From Marsupella aquatica (Eukaryota > Plantae > Marchantiophyta), in the NCBI GenBank assembly GCA_973895155.1, contig OZ316898.1:5195079-5259078 (forward strand): a DNA stretch of 64,000 nt. The letters are read 5' to 3'. The notes under the pieces are model-generated. The model did no database searches, was not told where the DNA came from, and saw only the letters and a program-made list of their open reading frames with translations. Both the position numbers and the translations under genes were made by a program. Positions 24,641 through 37,500 of this stretch are shown here, in pieces (positions within the stretch are counted from its first letter, which is position 1; each line of letters begins with the position of its first letter).

Positions 24641-27600
24641 GCCTAAATCATGTGGGTTTGTGAAGGGGCCAATGACCTTCCCTACCCATCTCGCCTTCCA
24701 CACACCCCAGAAAGTTTCCACACACCCCAGAAAGTTTGTAAAATAATGCGGTACTGAATAAAGGTTGCTGGTGTGTGGCCATTTCTGGAGGTCCTTGTTA
24801 TTTTCATAATCTCCTGCACAGAAACTTGTGATAGTTAATTTTTTTCCATACCACATTTCAGTACTATTAGGACTGTAGGATTGGGTTGTACGTAGTCTGA
24901 ACTAGGCTTCCAGAATGGTCACAAAAGCTTCTGGTCATGGGGTTACAGCCTAGTAACCCTGTACCTAGACTGTCAGTCATTATCCTACACAGTGGTAAGC
25001 GTAAAGGGACTGACTTGATAAAGTACAAGATGTGGGTTAGGTGTAATAGCCCAATTAAGATAGGACTATTAATATGATTACTAGGAAGGGCTGTTTGACC
25101 CAACCCCAAATCAGCAAAACCGGTGGAATTATCAGACCTTGAGGAGAGGTAGACAATAGTGTATAAATAAATGTATGGCATGCTGAGGAAGATGGATATT
25201 TAGAATCTTATGGCTTGACTAGTTTGATTTGTTGTTTGCATATTTGGTTTGGGAGTGTGCGTGTTTGTTCTTTTTTGGCTGACTTTTGTCCCCTGTTTGG
25301 TATTGACGTGCCTTGCGTCCCCCTTGAAAAACAGAAAAATACATATAGCAGAGATTGACTGTTCACCACGTGCAAAAACCTAAAGCCTTTGCTGCTCAAG
25401 AGACAATTGCTCAAACCTGCAAAAGCTGATTGGAGTTGTCAATTGGTCTTGGTTGGCTGTGTCCAACAACAAGTTGGAGTGCAGGACTGCCGGCCTCGGT
25501 TCAAAAAATTGCCAGGCTGCATCCAAGCTTCCATTTCCTTGATGTAGCATGGTTAAAATTTATATGAAAAAATAGAAAAATAATGAAAATTGAAATCTTC
25601 TTGTTAGTTGTAGTGAACCTGAAGCTAGGATGGACCACCATGTTGGACACATTGGTCTCCCCTGGACCACATTTTGGTCTTCCATGGGAGTTTGGCGCCC
25701 ATATCTTGATATTTATGAGTACTAAAATGGATTTCTAGTTTTGCACATGCAAGGCAACTAGAGAAGGTGGAGGACTTCAAAATAGCATTAGCCCAGATAT
25801 TTCACATTAGCACAATGAAAGTTAATCCAACTATTTTCATCCCTCCACATCTATGATTGATGAAAAAATCAAACAAATTGGCCAAAAATTCATTGTCAGT
25901 TTGATGCAAGGTTTGATGGAAATGTAGCTTACCCACTACTTGAGCTAGCATATCCCCAAAACTAAAAGATATTTGCATTTATGAATATCAAGTTATTATA
26001 TGAAGTTATTACTATTAGACTCAGATTTTGGTAAATGTGGTACATGGGGTCTCAAAGACCAACCTTGTGGTCCATGGGGACTTCAAATTCTTGTTGTAGC
26101 AGTTAAAAGTTTATATGAGAAAAGAGAAAAATGAATAATGAAACAACAGAGAGTGATACTAACTAACTAAGGCACTATCAGAGTGATCCCTTAGACATTG
26201 GCAGCAAGCCGGCGATGGAGGCCGCATCCTAGCCTGAGATTCGGGACTCCACTGTGCCCTCCCCGGCGATGGCGTGTAGGATTCATTCGGGGACTCATTG
26301 CCTTGTTGGTGGGAGGAGGTTTACACAAAACCAAGATAATCAACTGCTCAGCCTTCAAGATTCTTCAAGACTGTCATGAGAGACCGAAGAAGTGAAGCGT
26401 GATTTTACTTCCAATTCGTTGGTTACGTCGATCAAGTCTGTTGTCAAGGTCAAGGTCGAGATCAAGGTACTCCAAAGAGCTACGCTCATTCTCTCACCAC
26501 TTCTCAAGTAACTGGTTTCTTGCTGCAAATTCGACCGATCAAAGGATCTACTGTGTGTATAATTAGTATGTCAGCCAAGGTTGTCTCTGAGATCGGATGT
26601 AAGCATGATGCGGTGTACACCCTTGCAGGCCACTCGAAATTCCCGCGCACGTATATAAAGTGTTGCTGTAATGGTAATGCTTCCGCCGGGGCTTCCGCAG
26701 ACTAATCAATCGACTGAAACGAAGCGCATGCAACAAGATTTGGCGTTCTAAAGTTCTGAACATGGTTCCTGGCTTTCGGGTAGTTATTGGAAAAATGAAT
26801 TCGATGCTTATTCTTTCTTAGACACCGGGTTAGTCACTGTTCCTGTGACTCCATGCTGAAAATCTGACGAAGAAAGATAAGCTCGAACGACTTAAGATAG
26901 AAGAACAAATTGAACGCTACTTAATTAGATCGACGCCGTCTTGGCTTAAAGTATCAGCGACCATCGATCGCCAGCAATGGGCAAGCGATGCTCCCAAAGT
27001 TTTTGCAGTATAGTGTTGGGTAAACCCACTCAGACATAAAAGAAACCGGATTGGAGACCAACCGAAGCAGATTTTGCGGTTGGAGGAGCTAGCTAGAGTC
27101 TCAGTTACAAGTATTTCTTGCATGATGCAATTCAGATCCACAATCGGAGCGATGTACAAAATCTAGGCTAACTTGTCGATCGCGCAAGTAGCAGCAATTG
27201 ATGGGATCAAGGACTCTTGTAAAGTTATATTAATACGAAAATTCTGTACATCAAACATTTATAATTATTTCCGAGGCCGTCGATCGATGTAAGTTTTCCT
27301 AAAGCCGTAAGTTTCTTTAAGTTTGTGTCTGTGAAGAGCATATTTGTATTCTTAATTAGAGCATCGATCAAACTCCAACCCCGACTCCAACATTCAGCTA
27401 CTAGCTAGCTAGTGTCTATAAGGAGAATTTCGGTCCCTTCAGCAATACCAGGATCCAGGATATGGACCTAAAAATTCTGTTGAGGTATCTGAGAGCGTAA
27501 TTTAATAAGCAAAGAATGCCAGTATAAAATTTCCATAAAGTACATACTAGACTAGGAACTAAGAAATCATGTAAGTAACGTGGCGAGCGCCAAGTATACA

Positions 27601-28043
27601 AGTAACAAGGGCCAAGATCTTGTTTCCATCATTCTACCAAGCTTAATTATAAGCCTTTCTTTCAATCAATAGCCTCCAAGAATGTAGATGTTCCAATTTG
27701 ATCAAAGCCACAGGCTCACTACGTACTGCTGCACAAAGAACACTCCAATGTCCAAGCTGGTCTATTCATTGAATTGATTTCTCTATCTTACTCAATTTGG
27801 CTCCCATCACTGTACGAGAATCAAAGATGTTCTGAGGGAGACCACCAGCAGCTAACATTTCCAAATGGCTCAGTTGGCTGAATCATTAGTGTACTTAACT
27901 TAGTGAGGTAATAGTTTTGGAGGCCTTGCAATTATATAGCATCTTCATATTGCATCCACGATGAGGAACTGTTCTAAGCTGCCTGCTAGACCGTGTCCCT
28001 TCAGATCGATCGAGACAAGTGCTGAACTCTTTGACAGATTGAT

Positions 28044-28847
28044 TCACTCCACATTCTTGGTGCCGGTAGCTTCAGTGGCGGCGACCCCTTGGGCAGGTTG
28101 ATCAGATTGAGCTTTAGTCGCGCGTTTTTGTTGATAAGCGAAACTCCTGCTGGCGTAAGTGAAGGAGACTGGAGAGACTGGGAATCCGATGCCATGTCTT
28201 GTTGAGGGAAAGGTAACAAAAAGCGCGCTGACAAAGAACCCAACCACAGCGGGAACGATCGTCACAACGTTCTCATCGATGTCAGGATAGAAGCAGGCAC
28301 GAATGTTGGAAGTCATGAGTGCACACGCCGAGAACACTGTCAGCGAAAGAATCGAGTGTATGACATCGATCCATGTCAACTTGTACTCCTCGTTGTCGCC
28401 CGGATGAAGCGCGCCGGGAAGCTGTGGAGTCCACAACCCATTGCAGGTGACCAGCCCGTAGTAGACCTTTCCATCTGCGGCTTGGTAGCTATCGGTGAAA
28501 CACGAGACGACACAGAACAATGCGAAGAAGGAGACCACCGCAATCGTGAGCCAAAATTCGAACGGATCGTCACATGCGCCATAGTCGGTAATGATCGGCG
28601 CGATTGCGGTGAAGGCCAAGAACGTTCCCGTGGGCAGAAGATTGGCCAGGTTAGATGCACCGCTGTATAGCCCATTCACGAGGGTAGCCCATGGGTTCGC
28701 TGCAGTGCTAGAACTCGCGTCTGCTACAGATGTTTCTGATGTCGAACTGGTATCGGTGCTCCGTGCAACCTCTCTCGGTACCAGAGGTTCCGTCTCTTGC
28801 GTAGAAGACGTCGGCAGTAACGTTTCTGTCAGTCGAGAGCTCGTCAT
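28044..28847 (-). CDS. DMP: DMP (DUF679) membrane protein
   Basis: LANLLPTGTFLAF, CFTDSY..DGKVYYGLVT.NGLW, YKL..ID.IH, CFYP and FPSTRHGIGFP, with four hydrophobic segments. First ATG is at 28847 (267 aa); the ORF-track start at 28985 is GTG. Confidence 0.93.
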   Translation of the reverse strand: MTSSRLTETLLPTSSTQETEPLVPREVARSTDTSSTSETSVADASSSTAANPWATLVNGLYSGASNLANLLPTGTFLAFTAIAPIITDYGACDDPFEFWLTIAVVSFFALFCVVSCFTDSYQAADGKVYYGLVTCNGLWTPQLPGALHPGDNEEYKLTWIDVIHSILSLTVFSACALMTSNIRACFYPDIDENVVTIVPAVVGFFVSALFVTFPSTRHGIGFPVSPVSFTYASRSFAYQQKRATKAQSDQPAQGVAATEATGTKNVE

Positions 28848-29811
28848 GATGTCCGGATTCCGTCTCTGCTTTAGATGCGTTGGTGCGATCTCAATTCTCA
28901 GATCCAAATTTCGCAATATGTAGATTTCCGAGAACACCAAGACGTAGAGGTTTGGATCTATCAATCCGACAGGATCTCCGACCACTTTAACGTGTGAAAC
29001 TTAAACTCTGCCGCTACCTAACGAGCCCACAAAAACATGTCGATCCGAGATGAGGCTCGCTCCTGGATTTAAGGTCTTCAACAACTTCGACGCTGTCAAC
29101 TCGAAGCAGAGCGGCCAAAGTATCTTTGACCTGAGCCAAACAGAAAAGCATTGTATTTCTGTGTCTGTCTGCCTAGCTTATTGCCCTAGCCCTCCAACCA
29201 CTAAAGCAATCCAGGAATCTATCTTCCAAGCTTGACGATGCCTGCACTCTTATTTCATCGACTTTTGACACGAGGAATATACGGACCGTTCTATCATGAT
29301 GTAGACTGAGAAGGAATCAACTTACTGCAGCGAGCTTTCGAAGGTTTCAGGGAAGGTGTACTTTGCATGACCAAGTAGAAATCCCGCTTTATCACTTTCC
29401 CCCTGAACAGACCAAGTGCGAAACAATATTGGCTGTCGACCCGGCCAAATCATGAACATTTTCGGAATGATGCGTCTCTGCAGGCTAGCTCGACACTGCA
29501 GCTCCATGTGTAGCGTATTGCCTTGATCCTCGGCCAGATTGATTGGGACAATCAAATCACTCAACACGAATGTCTCTCCCGAATCCCGAAGTGGTAATTC
29601 ATAATTCATCTTTTTGAGTCGACGCAATGTCCAAACGTGGGCAACCATTGCATGGTACTAACCCAGTTCTTCCGGCTCATGCCTCATGGCCGAGATGGTG
29701 TTTGCACATCTCATATGGAGTAACTGTAGCTAGCAGCTGGCTAGTATTCTGCTAGAGGATATGCTTTCGTTTTCAGTCGTCAGCGCTTCCATAGCATGCA
29801 AGCTCCTGTAG

Positions 29812-30224
29812 CAGATAATCTTTGTGCATCTTATTCACATTAACAGCTTCCCAAATAACATGGACCTTCTCGATCAACCACAGCTGTTGAGCTGTTGAAC
29901 ATCGGATAAGCTTTGGGCATCTTAATCACATTAACAGGTTCCCAAATAACATGGACCTTCTCAACCAGAGCTGTTGAACATCGGACAAAGTTTGTGCATC
30001 TTAATCACATTAACAGTTTCCCGAATAACTTGGACCTTCTCATGCAACCAGAGCTGTTGAATATCGGATAAACTTTGTGAGTCTTAATTACATTAACAGT
30101 TTCCCGAATAACATGGACCTTCTCAACCAGAGCTGTTGAACATCGGATAAACTTTGTGCATCTTAATCACATTAAGAGTTTCCCAAATAACATGGACCTT
30201 CTCAACCAGAGCTGTTGAACATCG
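29812..30224. repeat. Minisatellite, 5 x ~80 bp
   Basis: ATCGGATAAACTTTGTGCATCTTAATCACATTAACAGTTTCCCAAATAACATGGACCTTCTCAACCAGAGCTGTTGAAC units at ~29812, 29901, 29980, 30063 and 30142. Confidence 0.95.
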
Positions 30225-30689
30225 ACTCGATCTCGATAGGAACCGCAGATTGCTACTCACTGTTTGGTATATGTATATTGTGTGACGCCAAGCGAGCACA
30301 TGACCAGTACGCTGACTCCAAGATGGGCCAAATCCAGTGCGCAATCCGCTTTGCGACCCCTCAATCATGATTATTTCCTGTAACGTGCGTGTCGATCGAG
30401 ATGTCCCAGGCAATTTGTTGGCGTCAAGGCGGCTCCAAGGTGGCCCCCAGGAAACTTTAGAAACTGTCACACGATAGTAGTGCTCTTTGCAGTAGTACTG
30501 TGTACCAAGAGGCAAAACAGTGCCTATCGCCAAGCATTGTGACCCCAGGAGCCAACCTTAAAATTGCAACCATGCCACTGGACATTTGGGCCATCAAAAG
30601 ATTTAAGGAGACCCAAATACTCAAAGCAGCCATCGACCATGCATTGCACTATCTCCTAAAGTGGGGCTATTAAACCACAACTACCGGCT

Positions 30690-30890
30690 ATTGGTTACCT
30701 GTAGTTCTCATTATAAAGTGGACAGGTTCAACATGGGCTTGAGCTCCACAAAAGGTGGTGAGTGCTCCACCTTTTATTGGCAAGTGCTCCACCTTTATGG
30801 GGAGACACTATTCACCACAAGACACTAATGAGTGCTAGTGAAGGAGTGAATGGGACTTTTATATGGGCAGGTGTGGTTTAATGGACCTTA
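30690..30890. repeat. Unamplified homolog of the 16.1-16.6 kb arrays
   Basis: GGTTACC.GTAG.TCTCATTATAAAGTG.ACA.GTTCA, AAAAGGTGGTGAGTGC, ATTGGCAAGTGCTCCACCTTT and GAGACACTATTCAC occur in the same order. Confidence 0.8.
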
Positions 30891-31157
30891 AACCACACTT
30901 GCCGTTCAAAAGCTAGGAGTTATCTGTAGGTACCATTAAAAGAAAAAAAATTCTGAGATTGTGGAGCAAACTGGCAGGGTAAAGGAGAAAAATGAGTGGA
31001 ATGTGGAAAAAGGGGCAGACACTTCTACCTTATATATGGCAAGTGGTGGTTTAAGTGGGATTGAAACAGACCGCCCCTGCATTGTGTGATGACATGACAT
31101 TTCTCCTCAAGGGTTTCAAAAACTTATTTTATCTTATCAATCCCATGTATATGCTTA

Positions 31158-31470
31158 TGGACACAAGACACAGGTACAGAATAGTAGAGCCTGCGCCCTG
31201 CAAACTAGAAGCACCTTCAAATCACTAAGCTAGAGACAACACTACTTGGTAAGCTAACATAAGCAATTGTTTGATTCACTCTTAAGTTTCACCAAAATTA
31301 GAATCAATGCTAAAGCCCGCAAAGAGTCCATAACCTCTTTGTTGTTGGATTGTCCAAAATTACTAACTCCATCCACAATAAGGTGAGAGATGACACTCTC
31401 GCTTAGTGATTTGAAAGTGCTTCTAGTTTGCAGGGTGCAGGCTCTACTATCCTCAAACTACGTCTTGTGT

Positions 31471-31473
<3 letters not shown>
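31158..31473. mobile_element. MITE/foldback element with ~75-bp terminal inverted repeats, TA-flanked
   Basis: Left arm TGGACACAAGAC..AGTAGAGCCTGCGCCCTGCAAACTAGAAGCACCTTCAAATCACTAAGC. Right arm GCTTAGTGATTTGAAAGTGCTTCTAGTTTGCAGGGTGCAGGCTCTACT..GTCTTGTGTCCA. TA on both sides. Confidence 0.85.

Positions 31474-31513
<40 letters not shown>
31474..31513. repeat. (TA)n microsatellite, ~20 units
   Basis: Pure TA run directly abutting the right TIR of the MITE. Confidence 0.97.
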
Positions 31514-31515
<2 letters not shown>

Positions 31516-34500
31516 ATCCATCTGGTTGATTTTGTATCTCACTGAGAGGTCATATTGATGATTATTTCACAGCCAGGAAAGTACTTAACCAGGCCCCTTC
31601 AACATCTTCTGGACTTGATGGATTGGGGACTGTAAAGATGGATTAAGGACTTGACCAGGGTTCAACTTGACCAGGCCCATTGGAGGTAGGCTTTTAGAAA
31701 TCCAAAAAATGCAGGAGCTCTGCAATAGTTGCTGTTGCGTCCAACTTCGCTATACAGGGCACCACTACTTGACTGGGTTGCCACAAAACTTACAAAATGT
31801 TAAGTTTAGATAAAGTCCAATTTATTACTGGATGATGAAGTGAATTTAAATTAGTTTAGAGTGATCTCTTAGATTGGAGCTACCTACTGAATGAAGTTGG
31901 GACTTTTAGGGAAGTTTCCAATTTTTTTGGTTGTTTCCTCTCATTTTAAATTTTGTTGGGGGTTTGGGGAAAATTCAGGGGCCTAGGCGTACCCTTGCCC
32001 ACCCCCTCCCACTTTGCTTTCTTGCCACTTTGCTTTCTTGCTTGCTTTTTTGTAGCTGGGGTGGACCTTTATTTTCCTGTTCACAATCTTTTATCTCGAT
32101 CATGCATTCCACATCAACACCGCACATAATTTCTGTTTTTGCTTTTCTCTGCCAAGATGGGGAGCCTTGGGGGTGGTAGGGGGGGGAGATGGGAAAGGTG
32201 ATGGAGATGGTTTTAAGGAACAATGGGAGGGGGGATTATGGGGGGTTAGTCAATTTTTTTCTGCCCACTCTGGCCTAGCTCCAACTCTTGCTGCAACTCT
32301 TGCCCCAACACTCACCCCAACACTCACGCCAACTCTCACCCTACCTCTCACCCTAACTCTCGACCTGTTTAGCCCTTCAGTTTGCAGCCATCCCAGCATT
32401 TGACAACCCTTGTTTTTATCTTGCTAATCATACACACCATTTGGCACCCCAGAGTGTGCGCAACTTATGACAGTATTTTCACAAGCACAAGCTTGACATC
32501 CTTTTTCCACAATAACACTTTTGTGCCAACAGTTCTATATCAAGAACCCGACCGCAACGACAACACTACAGCCGCAACAAAAGTGTGCCACACAAGCATT
32601 GGGCTTGTATCAATATAACTCATCCCACATGCATGATCCATCCTACCAAAGCCTATTCACAGTATAGTCCCTAGTTGGCTAAACTGTCCAAGGACATCAA
32701 GAATTACAAAAACTTAAGGTAGTCTTGTCATCAGACTAGAAACAAGCGAAGGCATTCAACAAAACTGAGAACATGCATGGCATATAAAAACTATCGGCGG
32801 AGCAACAATATATGTACAAAGGAAATTATTGAGCTGTCTTAATTGAAGGATGATCGACCTGGTTTCACAGAACACCAATAAAAAGCCAACAGCTTCCTCA
32901 AGTCTGTTTGGACACAAGGAACTCCAACTACTGCATCTCGCAGCTTGATTTCTATCTGCAACACTGGTGTAGTATTTGTTTATGGAGGCATGTGAAACCA
33001 AACAGCGAAAACCGACCGGAGACCTCACCAAGATGACTCGAGATGGAGCCATTAAGCACAGATGGCATTCAAAGTAGATCATGAATTAGGCAGCTCATGA
33101 TATCATGCTCGTATACGTCCTCTAGGAATATTTGTTTAGTCTGTGGCTGCAGGCCAACCTTCAAGCGTGAGCTGCTAGAATTTGAATTCGTGGAACTTTA
33201 GATTCTGCACTTCAAACCCTACTATGATTATGAAGAGAGGGAGTGCATGGAGTATGCAGTATTCAACTACGTTCGGCACTGTTACTCAGCTTCTACAATC
33301 AAAATACTGCTCAAAGGCATTTCCATTCTTTTGTTTCTTCATCATGAATTCTATCGTGCGCCAGACCTTATGGGAAAATCCGTGCCATTCCATGATGATG
33401 ATTGACCTTCAAACGATTCTTCTTTACATCAAAATCATTCAGTCCCATCTAGAACTGACTTTGCTTAGGCTAGTATTACAGACATTGATAACCGTGCAAC
33501 AATTGGATTGACGTGCGTCTCCCGGGGATGCTTACATCTTTGAAATTCGCGAGTGTGCTGTGGCTCGAATAAGTAGTAAGTGGTTGCTCGACTAATTAAG
33601 TGGACCGAGACAAGTCAGAAAACTAACTTGACTACGGAGAGGAAAAAGAAACTATCAACTCGCCAATCTGGTGGGTTGCTGTGTCTAACATCCAGCATAT
33701 TATTAGTATTCCCACTCATGGGGACAAGGATGCTACAGAGGTACAGTTCATAAGAGAGGACAGGTCACTGGGCCAACCTCTTGAGCAGGTGACTCCTAAC
33801 TTCCCAGACAATTGTGTTAGTGCTGACTACGACGAAGAGTAATTGTTGACAACAGTAGAGCCCACTTGGAAGGAGGTCGGCAGGAACTAAGAAAATCCAC
33901 CCAATCGACAAACTGTAAAGTCATAACCTTTACCGGAATTAGTTAGAAACCAGAGAAATTTAGAAAAAGCATGGTAAATCACCCTATGATGCAAGAAAGG
34001 AAATTGACAGATCAATTAACTAATGATGTACGTTTTAGCTGTGATCGACAAGCCTCTACCACTCACAAGGTCAGTGGCACCTCATCTTTCAAAAACAAGT
34101 CGAGAGTGGTCGAATCGTATTTCAAAACAAATCATCCGTTCGAAACTATTGTTTACACAAACTTCTCCAAAAATACTTAATGCAGCAAATGATGGGATGC
34201 ACTAACCTGCAATTTGTTATGCAAGCAAGACTCACGACCTTCACAAGTGGTGATTTGTCCAGTATTAGTTGACCTGTCCATCCATGTCAGCTGCCTTCAC
34301 AGTTGGCAGACGACATGTTCAGGCCATGACAGTGGTCTGCTTGACAAGTTACTGGCACACTGGCAAACTGCATGAATCATGGAAAAGACCTGGAAGCACA
34401 GATGTTAGTACAACTCAAAAGATTGGCACCCGTAAGTAACGAAATCTCCTTTCTGTGTATTCTTAAACCTATCACAGACCTTACCAGAGAGCAGTACCAA

Positions 34501-37500
34501 AAAAACCATTAACCAACGTATTTAGAATGGACATCATCCAGACGAACAGGGCATGCCAATAAGCACGTTGCCAAAACTCCGATATCTGCATGAAAGGATG
34601 ATACCACGCTCATAACCAAGCACCTTGGTGGGATTTGAACCCAACAGTACTGCCCAGGTTGCAGTCCAAGGGACCCTCCCCACCAACAAATCCAGGTCAC
34701 AAACAAACCCCTACCAGAATTTGTTGGTAGGGAGCCTATACTAAACAAGCAAACCAGATACTCGGAAACGTTCTGTCAGGAATGTAGCAGTTTAACTTTC
34801 GAATGGACCATTTTACCATCCTCACAACCTGCCTTTTCAACCTCATAGCTGTTATTATTCCACTTTTTCGAGAGAGTTAAGCTACCGGGAAGAATTTTGG
34901 CCACAGGATGATGATTGTCTTGGGAGACAAGGTTGCATGTTGAAGGTCTACACGACGAAGTTTTAACATGAAATCGATGACCAAGGGCTGCACCTTTCCA
35001 GTGTAGTTGCGCAATTCATTGAAAACGATGTACCGTCACATGTAAGATTTGATATGCTTCGGATTCCTTGAAACACAATCGACTTCAGTGCGTTTGGGGT
35101 GTGCTGTTCTGTCGAAAGTTACAACTTGTAGAAAAGAATCTCTTAAGGTTTTAAACACAAACAATATGGAAGGATTTGGCCTTCCCTACCAGCATTGCCT
35201 CCAAAGTTGTAACTGTAACTCCCTCCGAGTTGTATCAAGGCAGCTAGATTTGTCACCTGCACTGACAAGACATTGGAAACAGCAATTGTTCGCTTCCCTG
35301 TCAGCGTTGCGAAGGAAAAATTGTCTCAGACAGTAGACTAATTGGAAAGAGGGTCATCACCAGCTCTTCAAAACACAGTAAGGCAAAGACACCAGATTGA
35401 AACCAGGACAGTCTCGAAATAGAAGAGACATCCAGAGAAAGCAATTGCTGATTTGTAGACGTGAGGGAATAGACACGATCAGTGTTTGAATGAGACTAGC
35501 CAGAACTGCTTGCAACACATGATGCAACAGACTGGACTAGTACAGGGTAAACTGTGCATAAAATAAAACCCTCAAAAGTAGCTTTCAGTGGTTCGAATGC
35601 ACTATTTTGGAAGCACTTGTGATAATGCATTCGACCAATCAAATCCAGCTTACTTATGAGCACGATGATTACCACAGAGAACTTTTGATAATAAAACCAT
35701 GGTTCATTATCATTACCATTAGACCTTGAAAGTTTTCAATCGACTCGATGTCTATCCAGATACTGCCATCAACCACATTTGCAATAACTAGGGTACAATA
35801 TCTCTAAAACAGTACAATATAGAGGTGTAAAAGAAGTCACTAAAACGGTACAATATAGAGATAGTGTAAGAAGTCACCTGGTCTGAACATAGTGTGATAA
35901 TGTCAATCTACAGCTTGCTTCGATAATTGTAATTAATGATAACCTGAGGTCAAGTTCGTAGGGAACCAACCTCCCTCTGCTTGCAACTCGTGTTGCACCA
36001 GATCAAGCTGGCCCCTATTGGAAAGTACCTTACAGCATCCGGATCTGGGGTTCACGTAGCAACACCAGATCTTTCAGCCTTAGAACGGAGACGTTGATTT
36101 CTGATCCCCAAGCCCATCTGAACCTTTATCGGTATGGACTTTTCCCCAATTGAACAAATGTGCCAAGGAAATATCCTCTCGGGCTATATCAGTCCAATGA
36201 GTAGAAATATGATGTCGAGTACTTGGAGGTTCAGCTCTCCATCCATCAGAAGGTAAATACCAGTTGTAAGTTACTGAAATTATGCCAAACAACACAAATG
36301 GTGAAGTGACTATAATATAGTATTCGATCTGAACCTGAGAGTACCTTCTGCTTTCTGCACTAAGCAACTGAAGCTGCATATGTGGACAATCGAAGAGGAT
36401 ATTATAAATTCTTTCCCGAGGAGAATAACTTGTAGAAAATGTCCGAGGAACAGCCGATTGTCCAGAAGGAAGTCAACCCTCTTATGTGATGTTCAAGTAG
36501 TTTACCAATAGTGCATTGCTTGACAGTTGATAGACTTCCAGGTCCAATGCCTGAGGCACGGCCAGCAATCACTTCGGCCAAAAGCATTGAGTAATCCAGG
36601 ATTAACCGACCTCTTATTGGATCCAAAACTTGATGACATAGATAACTCACTGAAGTCGAATCAAAGAGCATTTGCATTGGGATACTATTAGTATTGTTAC
36701 TCCGGTGTGGTAAGCCAAAGACTAGGTTAAACGGACATATATACTTTTCCCTAAAGCCACCACCTCCATTCCAGACCGCTCCTACTTCATCTGGGAGATA
36801 ACCTGGAAATATTGAAAACATAAAGGATAAAAACAGCTTAGGTGGTTCCACTTAAGAGAATGGCCCTATAAGAAATTAATCTTTTTAATCATTGAAACCA
36901 TGTACAAAACTTCCAAGGCAACCAGGAGCCAGCTTACATTCTAGTGTCTCACGCTAAATCCAGAAGAAGATAACGTTGGGAAAAGTGGCTACAAACCTGG
37001 GAGAGGATAGAGTAGTTGAACCAACAGTTTGGTTGAACATGCATCAGTGACCTAAAGCAAGGTATAATCCTTATAGCTTGACTCGAACAGCTGAGGTTTC
37101 AGAAGGCAAGGGGATTGTTAAACATTTAAGAAATTGTGCCAGCGCTGAAGGGCTTGAGGTAGCAAATAATGGGGTCAGACAAACTATGACGAGCTCTGTA
37201 GCTGTCAACTTCCTTCACATAATTTTGCATTTTGTTCGCACGAATCGTAATAGACTGGTATTGGGGGACATAACCTTGGTCCTATCATACCTTCAAATTA
37301 CGGTCAGAAATTTGTAGTGAATGGGAACAGGGCTTTCAGACATTATGACGTCCACCTTACCTGGATACCTGTTGCTAGTGGTAGCAGATTCGCAACCAGA
37401 AGTTGATTTGCCGTTTTTCTGTGAAATATTTGATGACGAATTTTGTGAAAACTATTAGCGGATCATGAGAAGTTCGGCGTATTGAACGCACGAATGAACT

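Noticed and set aside
28848-28985. 46-aa N-terminal extension of DMP in the ORF track
   Set aside because: It begins at GTG; the first ATG at 28847 is the more plausible eukaryotic start.
29322-29648. ORF with a vague kinase-like stretch (LHMELQC)
   Set aside because: No HRD, DFG or glycine-loop motifs nearby.
29812-30224. Repeat array as CRISPR
   Set aside because: Units are contiguous ~80-bp copies without unique spacers, there are no cas genes, and the context is eukaryotic. The same applies to the arrays at 87-308 and 16144-16790.
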